From: an uncultured delta proteobacterium
Lineage (GTDB): Bacteria; Desulfobacterota; Binatia; Binatales; Binataceae
Assembly (NCBI GenBank): GCA_963842085.1
Contig: CAWJET010000001.1
Span: forward strand, 1,792,001-1,856,000
Length of the DNA stretch: 64,000 bases
Direction: 5' to 3'
A program made the translations under genes and the position numbers. Shown one piece after another: positions 60,676-64,000 of this stretch. The notes beneath the pieces were generated by a model, which had not been told where the DNA came from, did no database searches, and saw only the letters and a program-made list of their open reading frames with translations. The stretch's first letter is position 1. The number at the start of each line of letters is the position of its first letter.

Positions 60676-61723
60676 TCACTCGAGACGCTTCAGAAAATCA
60701 CGTAGCACGCGATCCCACTTCTGCCAGTCGGCGCCGCTTGCAAGATGACCCTTGTCGCTGTCGATCTCGAAGTAAGTAGCATCGACGCCCGCGGCCTTCA
60801 GTTTCGCCATCACGTCGGGCGCGATGCTCGGCGGAAACAGCTTGTCAGTGCGCGAGAGGACGTAGAGCACTTTCGCGCGAAGCTTCGCGAACTCCTTCTC
60901 TGTGTTGTAATGCGAGCGCGCCCGCGCCAGCGCAATCAGCGAATTAGGGTCGAAGACCTTCGCCCACGGTTCCGCGAGCTGATGGATCGCGGCCTCCCTC
61001 TTCGCCGGATCGGGAAACCTCGCAGCGAGCTCAGCCTCGATGCCGTAACGCTTGAGCGTCGCAACGCGCAGCTCGGTCATGAAGCCCACCATTTCCGCGT
61101 TGCCGTAATGATGGCCGCCGTTCCATCCTGGAGCCTCGGCAAAGTGCGCCCGCAGATCGGCCACCATCCGGTCGTCGTCAGTTGCGCTGGGCGCCGTGAC
61201 GACAGGGACGATACCGCTCATCGCGTCGGGAAACGTGACACCCCATTGAAACGCCTGGTAGCCGCCGAACGACGGCCCTGCAACCGCGACCAGATGCTTC
61301 ACACCGAACGCGTCGAGCATCGCGTGCTGCGAGGTAACGATGTCGACGAGCGTGTAGTTGGGAAAATCCGGACCATACTGCTTGCCGGTTCTCGGATTGA
61401 TGCTCGCCGGTGCAGTGGAACCGTACGACGAGCCGAGCATGTTCGATGACACGACGAAATACTTCTTGGTGTCGATCCCCTTGCCGGGTCCGATCAGCCC
61501 GTCCCACCATCCGGGCTCGCCATTCGCGTCGAGTCCCGCCGCGTGCTGGCTCGAGGTATAGCCATGAGTGGGCGAGGATCGCGTTGCGTCCGTCCGGCGC
61601 GAGAGTTCCGTAGGTCTCATAAGTGAGCTTGAGCTCGGGCAGGACCTCGCCGCTTTGAAGGCGGAAGTTCGTGGTCGAGAAACTTTTTACTTCAACTACG
61701 CCGAGGCCGCTTTCATTTGCCAT
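60676..61723 (-). pseudogene. Homoserine O-acetyltransferase (MetX)-like alpha/beta hydrolase with a 1-nt frameshift near 61570-61572
   Basis: 5' ORF has FRLQSG..L....YETYG.L...GRNAIL; 3' ORF has THGYTSS.HAAG, GWWD.LIGPGK.IDT, GPSFGG, DSDKGH. Removing one C from 'gcc c act cat' gives NAILATHGY. Confidence 0.82.
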
Positions 61724-61752
61724 CGTCTTGCTCGCAGTTCGTCGATTTCGGT

Positions 61753-62367
61753 TCAGCGTTTAGGCGTGCGGCGGAAGGTCCAGAAGCGAACGCCACTCAT
61801 GCCGGCCTCTTCGCCGTTTACGATCATGTCGAAGCCGTGTTTCAGATAGAACGCGACGTTGCGCTGGTTCTCCGTCTCGAGATAGCACGCGAGCTGCGCG
61901 GCGTCGGCGCGCTCGAGTATCGGGCGCATCAATGCGCCGCCAAGTCCGCGCCGCTGACGGCTCGGCTCGACCCCGAGGATAAACAGGTACCAGCAGGAGC
62001 CGGTCATGTCGCGCTCGCGCGCCTGCCATTCGCGTCCGACCACTTCTCGATAGCGCCGATACGCGTCGTCGCCAATGAGGGTCGCAGTCTCGTGCATCCC
62101 CGACGCTTCGATATTCTCGCGCGACCATTTCGCGTCCGGTGGGAGCCAGAGCGCGACGCCCTCGAGCGCGCCCGCGGTCGCATAGACTTCGCCGGCGAGC
62201 ATGCCGAAGCGGATCATCCTCGCATACACTCCGGGCAGCAGCCGCTCGCGGTCGGCCGGGCCGGGAATCGCGTAGCGCATGAGCGGATCGTCGTGAAACG
62301 CGCGCGCCAGCGTCGCCGCGGCCGCAGGTATTTGCGCGTCGCTCAGTCTTACAATTTTCGCACTCAC
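61753..62367 (-). CDS. GNAT family N-acetyltransferase
   Basis: LARAF.DDP, WYL..LGV.P..QRRGLG.AL, YLET....NV.FY.KHGF. GTG start inferred. Confidence 0.9.
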   Translation of the reverse strand: MSAKIVRLSDAQIPAAAATLARAFHDDPLMRYAIPGPADRERLLPGVYARMIRFGMLAGEVYATAGALEGVALWLPPDAKWSRENIEASGMHETATLIGDDAYRRYREVVGREWQARERDMTGSCWYLFILGVEPSRQRRGLGGALMRPILERADAAQLACYLETENQRNVAFYLKHGFDMIVNGEEAGMSGVRFWTFRRTPKR

Positions 62368-62408
62368 GCGCGCATCTTCGCACACCGCGCGTCAGGCTTG
62401 TAGGGAGG

Positions 62409-64000
62409 TCATCGATACGCGTCGGCCTGGATGCCGTAGAGCTCGGCGTACTGTCCGCCTTTGGCCATCAGTGCTTCGTGGGTGCCGACCTCTGCGACGC
62501 GTGCGCCGTCAAGCACGACGATCTGATCGGCCATCCGCACGGTACTGAACCGATGCGATATCAGAATCGTGATTTGCCCCTGACGTGCGTTGCCGGAGCT
62601 GCCATCGCGCCGCGCACTGCGAGCGGCCGCGGCGTAGCGCTCGAACAACGCGTGTTCGGTCTCGGCGTCCAGCGCCGCAGTGGGTTCATCGAGCACGAGC
62701 AGAAGCGGGTGATCGCGCATGAAGCCGCGCGCCAGCGCCAGCTTCTGCCATTGCCCGAAGCTCACTTCGACGCCATTGGGCCAGGTCGGCCCGAGTTGCG
62801 TATCGAGGCCGGCGGCCAGCCGCGCGACCACGTCGTCGGCGCCGGCGCGATTGACGGCGGTCACGACAGCCGGCTCGTCATCGAGCCGCGGCACGTCGCC
62901 GAGGCCCACCGTGTGGCGCACGCAAAACTCGAAACGGAAAAAGTCCTGGAACGCTCCGGCGACGTGCGCGCGCCAGTCGTCAGCGGGAATCCGCGCCAGG
63001 TCCACTCCGTCGACGAGGATTCGTCCCGCGTCGGGCTGATAGAGCCGGGCCAGCAGCTTGACCAGCGTAGTTTTGCCGGCGCCGTTCTCGCCGACGATCG
63101 CAACCACTGACCCTTGTTTCAGATCGAGGCTCACATCGTCGAGCACATGGCGTGTCGTCCCCGGATAGGCAAACGAGACATGCTCCAGGCGGATTCCGTC
63201 GACGAGGTGGTCGGGCGCCGGCGTGTCCGCATGCTCGGTTAACGCGGCAGCATAGTCCTCCAACCACGCCAGCCGGCGGGAACCGTCAAGCCAGATGCCG
63301 CGCAGAAATCCAATTTCGCCGACCGTCGCGCCGATATACGCCGAAAGGCGCGAGCCGGCGGCCAGCACCAACAGCACCTGCCCTGACGTCGCGTGGAGTC
63401 CCACGGTGACGAACACGATCGCACCGATGTAGCCGGTGCCGAAGATCAACCACGCGACCGTATGCCACGCCGCACTTCCCCAACGCGCGGAGGCCACGGG
63501 TCCATACCAGCGCTCCCACGCGTCGCGCCGCAATTTCACCAGGCGGTTTCCAATTCGCGTGACTCGCACTTCTTTTCCGGGAGGCGCAGTGGTGGCGATG
63601 GTGAAGAGATGCCGCGCGAGGCGGTTCGCCGATGCGCCACGCTCTTCCGCGGCGCGTTCGATACCCGGCCGCCAGGTCGAGGTCAGCACCGTTGGCAGTG
63701 CGAAGGCAGCCAGCAGCGCCAGGATCGGGCTAATCGACATCAGTAGCACGACCGTCACGCCGAGCCGCAGGATCCATCCGCAGGTCGAGAACAGCGACAT
63801 GTACATGTGGTCGAGCACGAAGACCTGGTCGCGCAGCACTGCCAGCCGGTCGAGGTATTCGGGACGTTCGTGATGAGCGATAGTTGCGACGGTGGCCTGC
63901 AGCCGTGCCACGTGAGACTCCAGCGCGATGGTCAGGCGATCGCGGAAGCGGCGCTGAACGCGATCGCTGGTCACGCGCAGAAACCAGGTGCCGACGGCGG
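62409..64000 (-). CDS. ABC transporter fused permease/ATP-binding protein (5' end outside the window)
   Basis: TM helices; Walker A GENGAGKT; signature SFGQWQKLALAR; Walker B LDEPTAALD; SHRFST. Confidence 0.92.
   Translation of the reverse strand, partial: AVGTWFLRVTSDRVQRRFRDRLTIALESHVARLQATVATIAHHERPEYLDRLAVLRDQVFVLDHMYMSLFSTCGWILRLGVTVVLLMSISPILALLAAFALPTVLTSTWRPGIERAAEERGASANRLARHLFTIATTAPPGKEVRVTRIGNRLVKLRRDAWERWYGPVASARWGSAAWHTVAWLIFGTGYIGAIVFVTVGLHATSGQVLLVLAAGSRLSAYIGATVGEIGFLRGIWLDGSRRLAWLEDYAAALTEHADTPAPDHLVDGIRLEHVSFAYPGTTRHVLDDVSLDLKQGSVVAIVGENGAGKTTLVKLLARLYQPDAGRILVDGVDLARIPADDWRAHVAGAFQDFFRFEFCVRHTVGLGDVPRLDDEPAVVTAVNRAGADDVVARLAAGLDTQLGPTWPNGVEVSFGQWQKLALARGFMRDHPLLLVLDEPTAALDAETEHALFERYAAAARSARRDGSSGNARQGQITILISHRFSTVRMADQIVVLDGARVAEVGTHEALMAKGGQYAELYGIQADAYR

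Overview
GC-rich bacterial chromosomal DNA with about 58 coding regions. I saw no rRNA, tRNA, CRISPR array, integrase or transposase. The gene content (DZR-cyclase-AAA-TPR protein, several acyl-CoA dehydrogenases and CoA-transferases, two WS/DGAT, LLM, outer-membrane barrels) suggests a diderm soil or peat heterotroph, possibly Ca. Binatota; this placement is inference only. The main finding is a five-gene minus-strand cluster at 23044-29133: decaheme MtrA/MtoA-type cytochrome, MtrB/PioB porin, monoheme cytochrome c, Tat-exported Rieske protein, and cytochrome b fused to two c-type heme domains. Two secreted cupredoxin-like genes are transcribed divergently from it. It looks like a self-contained outer-membrane-to-quinone electron conduit that uses a Rieske/b complex instead of CymA/ImoA, and it has no MtrC. 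Other notable items: a bbs-like CoA-dependent beta-oxidation cluster whose DUF35-associated thiolase lacks the catalytic Cys; PFOR coupled to a dihydroorotate-dehydrogenase-like flavoprotein lacking its catalytic Cys; several sigma-54-type promoters; an Ftr-like cupredoxin/heme/barrel cluster at the left edge; and two single-base frameshifts in 3-nt homopolymers. All calls come from motif reading by eye; no database searches were run.
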